Positions 21,401 through 30,607 of a DNA stretch of 49,908 bases are shown piece after piece. Numbering within the stretch: the first letter of the stretch is position 1; every line of letters begins with the position of its first letter. The stretch is from the IMG/VR virus record IMGVR_UViG_3300032320_002563, positions 1 through 49,908 of that record; one strand, written 5' to 3'. The stretch is from a virus. Lineage: Duplodnaviria; Caudoviricetes. The notes beneath the pieces are model-generated. The model did no database searches, was not told where the DNA came from, and was given only the letters and a program-made list of their open reading frames with translations. The translations under genes were made by a program, and so were the position numbers.

Positions 21401-24400
21401 CGAACAAGACTTGTTTGCTTATGGTCTGATAGGATTCCGTCCTCGTCAATACATGACAGATTTGAATCTAAGTGACGTCAGTCAGGTCAACGTTTATCAA
21501 CAATTCATCAAAGACAAAGGAACCATACAGAGCGTGAGACTGTTGGCCAATGCCGATCTCAACAAGGAAGTTGCACAGTATCAGATATTTGAAAATTGGG
21601 CCATACTGCGTGGCCTGTATGGAGCCACGGCCAATCGTAGATTCATTGAACTGCGACTCAATGAAGCCCAGTTGCAATCCAACCCTAGCACAGTGCAGAT
21701 AGTTGCTCCACAACAGACCAGTATGGCCGACCAATCCATACTGTACCAAAATTTATGGCGTGAAAGTTACAATGTCACAAGTCCGGTAATTTTCCCAACT
21801 ACCACAGTCCAGGTCACCGATACAGCTTTGCCCAGTGCAGGATATGTGAATCTTGATGATGTGGATGTCACGGTGTTCAGCTTGGAGGGTCAGCTGGGTC
21901 TAGCTCCAGGTGTGCTGGATACCATTGGTATTGGCACCACAGTTTGGGCAGCCAAAAGCAATCGTTACGACTGGAACGTGTATAGAAGTGATGCAGTGCC
22001 TGGATTCATTGAATCTGCTGTGTCAAATCTCAATGGCACTGCAATCATACAATTCACTCAGGGCATAGAACTAGCAGTTGATGACATAGTTGTAATCAGA
22101 TACTTTGATCCAGCTGTAGATGGTATCTATCGAGTATTGTCTGTGCCTAACCCAAGATCTATCGTGATAGCCTTAGATATTACCGGCGCCATTACCGGAG
22201 TCGGCATAGCATTTAAATTCCAAACCGTGCGAGTGCCTCAGGCCAGTGATGTGTTGAATTTACCTTATGCCAATGATCTTATTCCTGGCGCCAAGGTCTG
22301 GGTAGACAACAATGGCGCCGGACTATGGGAAGTCATTGAAAAAACCAATCCGTTTCAACCAGGACTGATACTTACTCCTGTAGAACCTGCTGAAACCAAC
22401 TCTGGCTTTGGCACCAGCATTTCACAGGGTTCACAAAATATCATGGCCTTGGTGGGTGCTCCTAGTTATAACAGCGGAACCGGTGGTCTGTTTCCTTATC
22501 TAAGGGATCCTGACAATCTTTATGCACAGAGTCCTATCATTTTGTTAGGTGCCACCGGCACACAAGGCTACGGCAATGATCTACAGATAGGTCATCAGAA
22601 CTGGGCCATAGCAGGAGCCAGCGCCAGCAACAGCAATCAAGGCTATGCTGTGACCATATTGCGAGATTCAGCCAGTTCGGCCTTTCAACAAACGCAACTT
22701 TTAGTGTCTCCGGACCTGGATTTTAATAGTGGCGAATTTGGTTACAGCGTAACAATAAGTCAGGACGAGCGTTGGATGTATGTGAGTGCGCCTGGTGTAA
22801 ACAAAGTATATGCCTATGGACGTGTAGATGAACCCACACAGTTTGTTGAATATTTTACCACAGGAATTTTTGAAGTTTATAATTTGGCGGGGCTGATTGA
22901 ATTTGACAATGCCGATCAACTGGCTGTGGTTTTGAACAATCAACTTTTGACTCTGGGCGTAGATTATGCTGTGGCAGGCACCACCGTGACGTTGGCTTCC
23001 ACGCCACCTGCGGGCAACAGGTTGATCATTACTAGAAAAATTGAACAAAGTTTTACCGGTGACGGCAGCACGTTGAGTTATCCACTAGATCAATATCTTT
23101 ATACCGCCACAAACATTTTTAGTTTTTCAGTGTATGTTGACGAAATCATTCAAAGACCAGAAATAGATTATGATTTCAACAGTGACAGTGCTCTATACAA
23201 TTTAGATTTGAGATTCACAGTTGCTCCTGCCAATGGTGCCGCAATTAGAGTAGTAGCCAAATCTTATTGGCAATATATTGACACCATTAGCGTGCCAGGA
23301 TTGAGTACCACAGCACGATTTGGATCCAGTGTTAGCACCACCACAGATGGAAGACAAGTAATAATTGGCGCCCAAAATGATTCAGCCGACATTTCCCATC
23401 CACGTGCTGGCGCAGCATATGTGTTTGATCGCAGTGTGCAACGTTTTATCGTTGACAATCCAGCACAAACAAATTACACATTGCCTGTGGGATTCCAAGA
23501 ACCTGTGGCAGTTTTGCTAAACAATCAATATCTTACCAACAGTGCTCAGTACATTGATGGCGAATTTTCTATCATCGGTAATCAGGTGATCTTGAATGTG
23601 ACCACATCTGTAGGTGATATCCTGGAACTAGAAAGCAATATTTTCACTCAGGTGCAAAAAATCACAGCCAATGCACCATTTGACGAATCACAGTTTGGCG
23701 CTGCTGTTGATGTGTGCCCAAACAACTGCAGCATCTATACCGGTGCTCCTAGAGATGGAACTGTGTTGGTCGGAGCAGGGTCTGTTCAACGCAACGTGAA
23801 CCAAGCGCGAGTGTACGGAACCATTACTTCTACCACAGTCAATCCTACCTTGACTTTTGGAGATACCATACACATCAACAACATGCCAGTCGCTGTTCCC
23901 AATTCGCCCAACAACACTGTAGAGGGCCTGGCCGCTGCCATAGTAGCAGATGCCATACCCAACGTGACTGCCACGGCCAGTGACGGTCGATTGACCATCA
24001 GTGTGGTCAATGTGGAAGCAGCAGATGAATTTAATCGATTAACTGTATTGCCAGGTACCACTGGCACAGCCTATGCAGATCTGGGCCTGGAACTTTTTGC
24101 CTATATACAAACTATAACCAGTCCAAGCCCAGTGGCCAATGCCAATTTTGGTGCCGCAGTAAACATAGACTCGTCGGCCGAGACCTTGATAGTGGGTGCG
24201 CCAGGTGGTAATTTATACCAGCCAGAAACTTTTGACAACGGAACCACATACTTTGATGACCGTAGCACTACATTCTTCAACCCTGTTTTACAAAGTGGTG
24301 TGGTTTATACCTACGATTACCTGCCAAGCTCGACAGATACTGTGACCAATCCTGGTAAGTTTGTGTTTGGTCAACAAGTGTTCGACACTCTGATTAGACC

Positions 24401-27400
24401 ATTGGATCTTTGGGGCACAGCAGTCAATTATACCAATGGCAAACTGTTGATAGGTAGTCCGGGATATGATCTTGGTGACAGCACCGGTGACTATGGTCGT
24501 GTGAGTGAATTCAACAACGCCAATCGTGAACCAGCCTGGACAGTGTTGCGTCAACAGCGACCAGTGGTAGATGTGCGTTTGTTGAACAGTGTTTACATGT
24601 TCGACAAATTAGAAAGCACAGAAACATATTTCTTTGATTTCTTTGATCCGTTGCAGGGCAAGATCTTGGGAGCAGCCAGACAAAATATAGATTTTATTGG
24701 AGCCATAGATCCTGCACAATATAATTTTGGCCCGATCAACAACTATGGCAATTTCTGGGCCGGAGATCGAGTTGGAGAAATTTGGTGGAACACTGATTCG
24801 GTGCGATTTATTGACCCCAATCAAGATGACATCGTTTATGCCAGCCGACGCTGGGGACAGGTGTTCCCTGGAAGTCGCGTGGAGATCTATCAGTGGACCG
24901 CCAGCTCAGTGCCACCAGCCAGCTACACTGGGCCTGGTATTCCATTTGATACGGTCAGCTATACCATCAAGACCAATTTGACCAATGTGGGCACCTTTGA
25001 AACAGTGTATTATTTCTGGGTAACCGAACTAACAACCATTGACACCAATGCCGGTAAAACACTCAGCACCACGGGCATAGCTCGCTACATTGAAGATCCC
25101 AGAAGCAGCGGTATACCATATTTGGCAGCACTGGATGCCAGCACCGTGGCTATCTACAATGGTTTACAATACTTGTCGGCTTTTGACACTATATTGCACA
25201 TAGATTTTGAACAGGAGTTGTCGGATGCAAATGTTCATAGTGAATATCAGCTAATTGCTCAAGACAAACCCGAAAGTTTCCTAGCTGCAAATTTATATAG
25301 AAAACTACAGGACAGTTTCTGCGGGTACGACATCAGTGGAGCACAGGTTCCGGATCCGTTCTTGAGTCCACCTGAACGTTTTGGCGTGCAATTTGTGCCG
25401 CGCCAAAGTATGTTTGTGAATCGCTTCTTGGCCTTGCAAAATTATCTCACACGTGCCAATGAAATACTAAAATATCTGCCCATAGTTGAACTGCGCCGAT
25501 TCACTTTACTTAATTCTCGTGAACCAGTTCCGGCGCCATCTGAGCAAGTGTATAACAAGATCGTCAACAACATTGAAGAACTTGGCTATCAGAATTTATA
25601 TGCAGTACCATTGGGCTATGCCTATTTGGTGTTGAGTGACAGCACCAACAACGGTTCCTGGACCATATACACTGTTGTGCTTGAATCAGCAGCCATAGAT
25701 GCGCCTCGAACCACTCAATTATCTCGGGTACAGACCTACGACACTAGAAACTATTGGCAATACATAGATTGGTATCAGCTGGGTTACAATTCCAACACTG
25801 TGCTAGTGGCCGAAGTTCCAAACTATGCTAGCCTGGCTTCCTTGACCAACGTGGCAGTGGGAAGCAGTGTCAAAGTCACAGCCAATGCACAGAATAAATT
25901 TGAAATCTATGTGCGTACAGTCACTGGCTGGGACCGCGTGGCTTTACAGGACGGTACCATAGAATTCAAAGCAGAGTTGTGGGATTATGCCCTGGGTCGC
26001 TTTGGGTTTGACGTGGAAGTATTTGATGCCACTTATTATGATCAAGAACCGGTAACAGAAACTCGTCGTATTATACAGGCCATCAATCAAGAATTGTTTA
26101 TAGATGATTTGGCTATCTATCGCAACAGACTTTTGACTTTGATGTTTGAATATATCCTGACTGAGGAATCAGCTCCAGTCTGGTTGACCAAGACCAGTCT
26201 CATTGATGTGCGGCACGACATACGTGAGCTGTTGCCATTCCAGAGTTATCGCCAAGACAACCAAACTTTTGTGCTGGATTATTTGCAAGAGGTCAAGCCC
26301 TATCATGTGCAGGTCAAACAATTTAACTTGGCCTACAACGGACAAGATATCTACCCAGGGGCTGTCACTGACTTTGACAATCCCAGCTACTACAATACTG
26401 CACTGGAAATTCCACAGTATGTAAGCCCTATATTGTTGCCTTACACCAAGAGCACAGCCAAGGGCACTGGCACTGCCAGCGACATCGCAGATACACCTGC
26501 TGACGCTGAAATCTGGGATATATCACCCTGGAGCGAATGGTTCAACAACTATTTGTTAAGCGTGGAATCGGTTAACATAATCAATGGCGGTCAAAACTAC
26601 AGCGGTGAACCTGAAGTGACCATAGGCACACCATGGCAGGCATCAACGCTTTACGCTCAAGGTCAACAAATATTTTACTTTGGCAACTTGTACTTGGTAG
26701 CACAATCCGGCACGTCTGGCGTTGTTGCACCACGTTTTGTTTCTGGCACCCAAGAAAATGGAACAACTGTGTTGACCTACGTTGGCAAAGCCGCTTCTGG
26801 GGTAGCAGTTATCAACTCAGGAGGCCAGGTTGTTGCAGTAGAAATAACCGAGCCAGGCTCTGGCTACAACACCACAGTGTCAATAACACTTACCGGTGGA
26901 GGAGGCACAGGAGCCAGCGCTGTTGCTGTCATGGGCAATAACTTGGTGCGCAATATGAACATGGTCATCAAGTATGACCGTTATGAATATCAAAGCACAA
27001 TCACTGACTGGAGTTATTTGGTAGCAACATATCCAGCCGGAACGCAAGTTCGCTACAATGATCGAGTATGGCAAGCCACCACAACAATCTCCAATCCACC
27101 GGTACCAGTGGCTGCTACAGGACAGGCCGGTTCATTTACAATGACTGTGCCTTCAAATTTACCACTGGTAATTGGCACCATTGTTGTAGGAGTGGGCATA
27201 CCTTTGGGCACCCTGGTCACGCAATATGATCCGGCTGGCACGTCGGTGACACTGAGTCAAGCTCTGTTGGCGTCATTTGGTCCAGCAACTGTCACATTCT
27301 ATGATTCCTTTATACTTGAAGACTGGACCGAAGTTGAAGCCAGCTCGCTCAGCGGCTTGAACCGCACACAAGGTTTTTACTTGCCAGGTGCCAACATGCC

Positions 27401-29780
27401 TGGAAGGAATTTGCCCTTGTTGATCGATGGTCTTGATTATCCAGGCGTGCAGGTTTATGGTCTAGGATTTGAGTTCAACACTGGATACGATGTGGGCAAT
27501 TATGATATCAATCCCTTTGATAATCTCACAATAAGCCCCGAAGGATTTCCAACCTATGATCTAGGACTGTTAGACGCTTTTTACAGCAGTTCCTACACAG
27601 ATGAATTCTTGGGTACCAGACCCACAGATATCAATGTTGATGGCGGCGGATACATCGACGTATTCAGTAGCTATGCGCCTGAAGAACTAGTGCCCGGCAG
27701 TGAATTTGATACCTTGGATTTCCGTGTTTTCACTACTCCTGGCAGTGATTATGACGGTGCAGGACACGGATTCCCGGCCAATTCTATTAGATATGTCTAC
27801 GATCCAGCTGATCCTGTGCTGAGTTTTGCCAATGTATTACCAAATCCGTTTACAGTGATAGCATTCAATGCCACCAAAGGCATCTCTATAGAACCATCCA
27901 GCTACGACTGGGTCAACTACACACTCACAGTAGGAGCCACCGAAGACCCAGGCGATGTCTTGGTGCTTTATGTGACTGGAGTGGGCGGCGGCAACCAACT
28001 TTATCTCAACACTTATCTGGGTAACCTGATTGGCGATACGATCACAGTGCCATTTTCGATCAGTTTGATTTCGGAATTTTTAATCTACAACGGTGAAACC
28101 AGACTAGAACCCAATGTAGATTATACCTATGCAACCAGTGGAACACTGTCGACCACAGTGTCGTTTGCCACCACTTACGGAGCCACAGATCGCATCAACT
28201 TAGCTGTGTTTGGATATGCCAACGTAGGGCCAACACACAGCTGGTGCTTGCCAGTATTCCAACCAAATATCACAGCCAACGGCAGTGCCACTTATCCGGT
28301 GACCTACGCCAGTCCTGGCACCAATCAGGTCAATCTTGTCATCACAGTCAATGGCCTACACAGCAGACCATATTCCGGAGCTCGTGCCACCGGAGATGGT
28401 ACCACCGTCACTTTTGAATTGCCCAACAACAATGGGTACACCCCAGCTGTGATGTCTGACAACGATGTTTTGGTTTATGTTGACAACGTCAAACTGGTGT
28501 TGGGCGATCAGTTTGTGGTTGATCCTTGGGATGGCAGCAGCCTGTACCGCACAATCACATTTACGACAGCGCCGGAACCCGGAGCTCAGATCTTGTTGAG
28601 CGTGTCTACCAATGCTGATTACAGGATCACAGGACCCGGAGCAGACACTATTACTTTTGAAGCCGGGCATGTTCCCAATCCTGGAGACATTATAACTTTA
28701 ACAACTTGGAATGATACTTCCGAACAAGGGCTTGTTACACAAGTGTTTGTAGGTCCCAGCGTCAACAACAACAATACCTTTGACCTTGAACGCCTTATAG
28801 ACAATCCAGAAAGGTTGCTGGTCAGCCTAGATGGATCATGGTTGTTCAATGGCATTGATTTTACAACCCAGGGTTCAGAAATAACCTTGTCTGGCCCAAC
28901 CATTAGTGCCAGTGCAGTTCTAGCGGTGACCAGCTTTACCAACAGTGTGGTGCCACCACCAATCGCATTCCGCATATTCCAAGACATGCGTGGAGTACAG
29001 GCCACTTATCGTATAACTCCATCAACTACAACTATTTTGGCCCAACCTGTCAGCGCAACCGACAACATCATATACGTAGATGATGCCAGTGCCTTGCCTG
29101 AGCCGGGCCTGGCAGCACAGTTCAATATTAACTTTGTTTACAACTCAGGTGATGTGGTCATTTACAATGGAGGCTTTTATGTGGCCTTGTCCATGACTGT
29201 GGGAAATCTGCCCACCAATCCAACTTACTGGTCTGTGACTTCAGGAGCCTTTGCTGCCAATACCTGGGGCGTGGTCATGATAGATGGTGAACGTATCTTG
29301 TATCGTGACAGAGACATTGTCAACAACACAATCAGCAGTCTATTGCGTGGCACAGCTGGCACGGCTATTACCAGCCATGAACTAGATGCCTTGGTCTATG
29401 ACATGGGCCGTGGAAATCTCATGCCAGCGTCTTGCCAAAATTACATTGTATCAAACATCACAAATCCATTGGTACCAGGCGAGAATCAAGGTGATGGCAT
29501 TACCACAACTTTTGTGGCCCAAGACATTGATATCAGCCAAGAAGACAGCACTGTGCGTGATGAAATTGTAGAAGTGTATGTGGGCGGTGAACGTGTACAA
29601 ACTGGTTACACAATAACAAATCCAAGTCCTGTGACCGTGGTGTTTGATGCAGCCCCACCGCAAGGAGTAGAAGTTCTTATCTTGGTGCGCAGAGCCCATA
29701 CTTGGTATAACTTGGCCACACCGGATCGTCCACTGAGTGAAACGGATACTCAGTGTGCAAGGTTTTTACGGGGTCAATAA
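15447..29780 (+). CDS. Giant (4777 aa) mosaic baseplate wedge/fibre structural protein (gp7-like position)
   Basis: Uninterrupted 14.3-kb ORF directly after gp6 (TAATG overlap); DFLPEIFQT N-terminus, YLQEVKPYHV wedge-like motif, FG-GAP-like blades, GDGxT repeats, CBM-like aromatic motifs. Confidence 0.75.
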   Translation: MARTRSVDFLPEIFQTSTNRQVLSATLDQLVQEPKFKRIQGYVGRRIGPGVNPNDKYVAEQTDTRANYQLEPGVIVRDPAQPNKIQDAITYPGITDALNLQGAITNQDDRLYTSEYYAWDPFVDFDKFINYSQYYWLPAGPEVVDVFSGSVPLTDNFVVTRENGVYTFSGVAGNNPSLTLVRSGSYTFEVAQNAKETVNFRVSNQGTSAWVIDYVTNPTLTLVRGNTYIFEIVPTAPLGFYIKTQQTLGINNLFTQGVTNNGASTGTITFVVPQNAPDTLYYNNSTQPNMQGVINIVDATPGTGPGFWIQTDPGVNGRIPSTPNISSRLSEVNGVTNNGEDLGTITFDVPLSTAQDFYYALTPIAFNGGAVDLLATDVKFNQLNNIFVDQFLAQYPQGIDGITNLNGRTIVFTEPETDPETGGWLINSQYDPLPELATDNGLPGSYDSISFDQTTPIVDVAIQRSVWQIQYVTAVGGGQYMQLTSVYEIPDLYKFVIQFGSQWSNTGWYKDADGAFDQIPLLTATRNLLFYQDGTDPEIFGRIKIIDADQASTLDIADIIGQKYYTSPNGVVFTNGLKVQFLGEVTPTSYQNNSYYVEGVGTAIQLLPVSSFITPETYTQSASVPYDSTPYDVGNYDASLNQPLIPDYITMNRASPDLNAWSRSNRWFHVSVIEQSAKYNNTVPVVDNLARGRRPILEFRAGTRLYDFGTAGKQPVDIIDFAATDALSTVNGSTGYGVDGYNFITGTRVIFANDSNPEVRNKIYTVEFITPDTVPPLIAEPIINLTPAVDGNALLNNTVVVISGLTQQGKSFWFDGVDWIPAQQKTAVNQPPLFDVYDQDGFSFSNKIKYPSSNFEGSKLFSYAQASGGNDPVLGFPLRYLSLTNIGDIVFDNNLYTDTFIYTKDSVSYTKSVSDGFVRQYSNRVDYQRELGWQTAAVPSRSRQQFQFSYDGRPLQLDVAVLPDAVVPSVQLYVGSQFQEPYKYTVATTADSTTITFLQTTYNDGTAFADGDLIEVSVLSDQASKVAFYQVPINLENNPLNVNSPYFTLGTARTHYESICQNLLDLVGPINGNNNSRDLGDIIPYGTNIIQNSSPMTLAGYFMRSAQYNIFNSLAYNSREYEQYKTQFLNAAVTNDYTNYTIPDMVTAIVTGLVAGRTQLSPFYWTDMLPANAVYTEQTVTYSPISTPVFNLNTTYNFTSSNYQSVLVYVNDVILQAGYDYVVSTDGPTLTITIPLSVGDVIVIQEYATTYGTFVPNTPTKLGLYPAFQPRIYLDATYTNPTLIIQGHDGSKTVAFGDFRDQLLLEFETRIFNNLKIKSPVPLSIVDVVPGQFRTTDYSLSDVNQILAPSFLSWVGWNKLAYTAQDYNAANQFTWNYSASGNRISSSSASTETPLPVGAWRGIYQYFYDTPTPHTTPWEMLGFSEKPTWWEEQYGPAPYTSGNLVLWDDLAVGRVADPAGEYFKPRYARPGLQQVIPVNSEGQLLSPFFSVVGLYDSSQFQKSWVFGDEGPVEYSWRSSSSYPFAVMRLLALTRPAEFFSLFADRDLYKYDADLGQYLYNQRYRLDANGVEIYGNGTSKASYIDWIVDYNQQLGQDSTVKLTEDLSLLDVRLCYRMGAFTDKQYLKIFTERSSPESLNSSLLLPDESYNLLVYKNQPFDRVVYSSVIVQVVEDGWAVFGYSITNPYFEILASRTAGSTKIISAGGTTVQVPSTYYQDVVQIPYGYVFTNPTVVCDFLLSYGALLESQGIVFDDRENGYALDWNQMAQEFLYWTNQGWAVGSVINLNPTATSLTAVKAEAVIDSIVAQTPENLILDQNRTTIPTRDLVVDRFENIFKVNSLSAQTISYIDLRYTSYESMVVLDNVSVFNDLIYDPATGARQSRVNVVATVSADWNGQLDAQGFIYNNDATVQQWQPFKKYTKGEIVLYKNSYYSALNIVQPAAEFRRSDWTQSDYTKIQRGMLQNIANQADQLATTYAVNQANLEIEQDLFAYGLIGFRPRQYMTDLNLSDVSQVNVYQQFIKDKGTIQSVRLLANADLNKEVAQYQIFENWAILRGLYGATANRRFIELRLNEAQLQSNPSTVQIVAPQQTSMADQSILYQNLWRESYNVTSPVIFPTTTVQVTDTALPSAGYVNLDDVDVTVFSLEGQLGLAPGVLDTIGIGTTVWAAKSNRYDWNVYRSDAVPGFIESAVSNLNGTAIIQFTQGIELAVDDIVVIRYFDPAVDGIYRVLSVPNPRSIVIALDITGAITGVGIAFKFQTVRVPQASDVLNLPYANDLIPGAKVWVDNNGAGLWEVIEKTNPFQPGLILTPVEPAETNSGFGTSISQGSQNIMALVGAPSYNSGTGGLFPYLRDPDNLYAQSPIILLGATGTQGYGNDLQIGHQNWAIAGASASNSNQGYAVTILRDSASSAFQQTQLLVSPDLDFNSGEFGYSVTISQDERWMYVSAPGVNKVYAYGRVDEPTQFVEYFTTGIFEVYNLAGLIEFDNADQLAVVLNNQLLTLGVDYAVAGTTVTLASTPPAGNRLIITRKIEQSFTGDGSTLSYPLDQYLYTATNIFSFSVYVDEIIQRPEIDYDFNSDSALYNLDLRFTVAPANGAAIRVVAKSYWQYIDTISVPGLSTTARFGSSVSTTTDGRQVIIGAQNDSADISHPRAGAAYVFDRSVQRFIVDNPAQTNYTLPVGFQEPVAVLLNNQYLTNSAQYIDGEFSIIGNQVILNVTTSVGDILELESNIFTQVQKITANAPFDESQFGAAVDVCPNNCSIYTGAPRDGTVLVGAGSVQRNVNQARVYGTITSTTVNPTLTFGDTIHINNMPVAVPNSPNNTVEGLAAAIVADAIPNVTATASDGRLTISVVNVEAADEFNRLTVLPGTTGTAYADLGLELFAYIQTITSPSPVANANFGAAVNIDSSAETLIVGAPGGNLYQPETFDNGTTYFDDRSTTFFNPVLQSGVVYTYDYLPSSTDTVTNPGKFVFGQQVFDTLIRPLDLWGTAVNYTNGKLLIGSPGYDLGDSTGDYGRVSEFNNANREPAWTVLRQQRPVVDVRLLNSVYMFDKLESTETYFFDFFDPLQGKILGAARQNIDFIGAIDPAQYNFGPINNYGNFWAGDRVGEIWWNTDSVRFIDPNQDDIVYASRRWGQVFPGSRVEIYQWTASSVPPASYTGPGIPFDTVSYTIKTNLTNVGTFETVYYFWVTELTTIDTNAGKTLSTTGIARYIEDPRSSGIPYLAALDASTVAIYNGLQYLSAFDTILHIDFEQELSDANVHSEYQLIAQDKPESFLAANLYRKLQDSFCGYDISGAQVPDPFLSPPERFGVQFVPRQSMFVNRFLALQNYLTRANEILKYLPIVELRRFTLLNSREPVPAPSEQVYNKIVNNIEELGYQNLYAVPLGYAYLVLSDSTNNGSWTIYTVVLESAAIDAPRTTQLSRVQTYDTRNYWQYIDWYQLGYNSNTVLVAEVPNYASLASLTNVAVGSSVKVTANAQNKFEIYVRTVTGWDRVALQDGTIEFKAELWDYALGRFGFDVEVFDATYYDQEPVTETRRIIQAINQELFIDDLAIYRNRLLTLMFEYILTEESAPVWLTKTSLIDVRHDIRELLPFQSYRQDNQTFVLDYLQEVKPYHVQVKQFNLAYNGQDIYPGAVTDFDNPSYYNTALEIPQYVSPILLPYTKSTAKGTGTASDIADTPADAEIWDISPWSEWFNNYLLSVESVNIINGGQNYSGEPEVTIGTPWQASTLYAQGQQIFYFGNLYLVAQSGTSGVVAPRFVSGTQENGTTVLTYVGKAASGVAVINSGGQVVAVEITEPGSGYNTTVSITLTGGGGTGASAVAVMGNNLVRNMNMVIKYDRYEYQSTITDWSYLVATYPAGTQVRYNDRVWQATTTISNPPVPVAATGQAGSFTMTVPSNLPLVIGTIVVGVGIPLGTLVTQYDPAGTSVTLSQALLASFGPATVTFYDSFILEDWTEVEASSLSGLNRTQGFYLPGANMPGRNLPLLIDGLDYPGVQVYGLGFEFNTGYDVGNYDINPFDNLTISPEGFPTYDLGLLDAFYSSSYTDEFLGTRPTDINVDGGGYIDVFSSYAPEELVPGSEFDTLDFRVFTTPGSDYDGAGHGFPANSIRYVYDPADPVLSFANVLPNPFTVIAFNATKGISIEPSSYDWVNYTLTVGATEDPGDVLVLYVTGVGGGNQLYLNTYLGNLIGDTITVPFSISLISEFLIYNGETRLEPNVDYTYATSGTLSTTVSFATTYGATDRINLAVFGYANVGPTHSWCLPVFQPNITANGSATYPVTYASPGTNQVNLVITVNGLHSRPYSGARATGDGTTVTFELPNNNGYTPAVMSDNDVLVYVDNVKLVLGDQFVVDPWDGSSLYRTITFTTAPEPGAQILLSVSTNADYRITGPGADTITFEAGHVPNPGDIITLTTWNDTSEQGLVTQVFVGPSVNNNNTFDLERLIDNPERLLVSLDGSWLFNGIDFTTQGSEITLSGPTISASAVLAVTSFTNSVVPPPIAFRIFQDMRGVQATYRITPSTTTILAQPVSATDNIIYVDDASALPEPGLAAQFNINFVYNSGDVVIYNGGFYVALSMTVGNLPTNPTYWSVTSGAFAANTWGVVMIDGERILYRDRDIVNNTISSLLRGTAGTAITSHELDALVYDMGRGNLMPASCQNYIVSNITNPLVPGENQGDGITTTFVAQDIDISQEDSTVRDEIVEVYVGGERVQTGYTITNPSPVTVVFDAAPPQGVEVLILVRRAHTWYNLATPDRPLSETDTQCARFLRGQ

Positions 29781-29786
29781 GCTAGG

Positions 29787-29792
29787 TAAATA
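29787..29792 (+). promoter_or_regulatory. Putative late promoter TAAATA box
   Basis: In a 16-nt intergenic gap, 4 nt before ATG 29797. Confidence 0.55.
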
Positions 29793-29796
29793 ATCT

Positions 29797-29943
29797 ATGA
29801 TGCAGACAAACACCCAACCAACAACGGCGCAACCCAAACCAGGATCCAAACGGCCCAACGAAACCGGTAGTATCAGCGTGGAGGGATTTGTCAAGATATT
29901 TGATCCAAAAACACGAGAGATATTTGTGGAGAAACGAGCATGA
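29797..29943 (+). CDS. 48-aa small protein, paralogous to the N-terminus of the next gene
   Basis: Hand translation MMQTNTQPTTAQPKPGSKRPNETGSISVEGFVKIFDPKTREIFVEKRA*; follows a TAAATA box; ATGA overlap with 29940; below the ORF-track length cutoff. Confidence 0.75.
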   Translation: MMQTNTQPTTAQPKPGSKRPNETGSISVEGFVKIFDPKTREIFVEKRA

Positions 29944-30557
29944 TTCAACCCGGTTTGTGTAAAATCGAAGGCTTTGTCAAGATAACCGATCCCAACACGG
30001 GCACAGTGCTAGTTGACAAAAAAAACGCCATACACTATGAAAACATCAGCATAGCCATGGCCCAGACCTTGAGCAATCGCACATCAGCACAAGGCGGTGG
30101 TTGGATCTATGAAATGGCCTTTGGCAACGGCGGAAGTTCAGTGGATCCTACGGGAATCATCACTTATCTACCACCCAATGTCACAGGGCAAAATGCTGAC
30201 TTATACAATGAAACTTATGCCAAGGTAGTAGATGACAACAGTGCAGCCAATCAGGATCCGGCCAACAACTACATGACAGTGATCCATACCGCTGGCAAAG
30301 TTTACACAGATATACTAGTATCTTGCTTGTTGGACTACGGTGAGCCCCCGGGACAACAGGCCTTTGACAACAGCACCAATTTCAACGGTGAATATGTGTT
30401 TGATGAACTGGGCTTAAAGTGTTGGAATGGCAGCGCCACAGATTTGCGTTTGATCACGCATGTGATTTTCCACCCTGTGCAGAAGAGTCTGAATCGCCAG
30501 ATACAGATTGATTACACCCTGCGCATACAAACATTGACCAATTTAAGTGCTGCATAA
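29940..30557 (+). CDS. Virion structural protein (baseplate/tail-fibre attachment, collar-like)
   Basis: KKNAIHYEN, MAFGNGG, FDELGL, THVIFHPVQKSLNRQIQIDYTLRI beta-rich pattern; lies between the giant protein and the fibre genes. Confidence 0.55.
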   Translation: MIQPGLCKIEGFVKITDPNTGTVLVDKKNAIHYENISIAMAQTLSNRTSAQGGGWIYEMAFGNGGSSVDPTGIITYLPPNVTGQNADLYNETYAKVVDDNSAANQDPANNYMTVIHTAGKVYTDILVSCLLDYGEPPGQQAFDNSTNFNGEYVFDELGLKCWNGSATDLRLITHVIFHPVQKSLNRQIQIDYTLRIQTLTNLSAA

Positions 30558-30577
30558 ATATGACTATATTAAGGTTG

Positions 30578-30585
30578 TATAAATA
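30578..30585 (+). promoter_or_regulatory. T4-consensus late promoter TATAAATA
   Basis: Exact T4 late consensus in the intergenic gap, upstream of a GGAG SD and ATG 30608; a second TAAATA at 30555-30560. Confidence 0.75.
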
Positions 30586-30607
30586 ACATTAGGACGGAGT
30601 AAAACAA

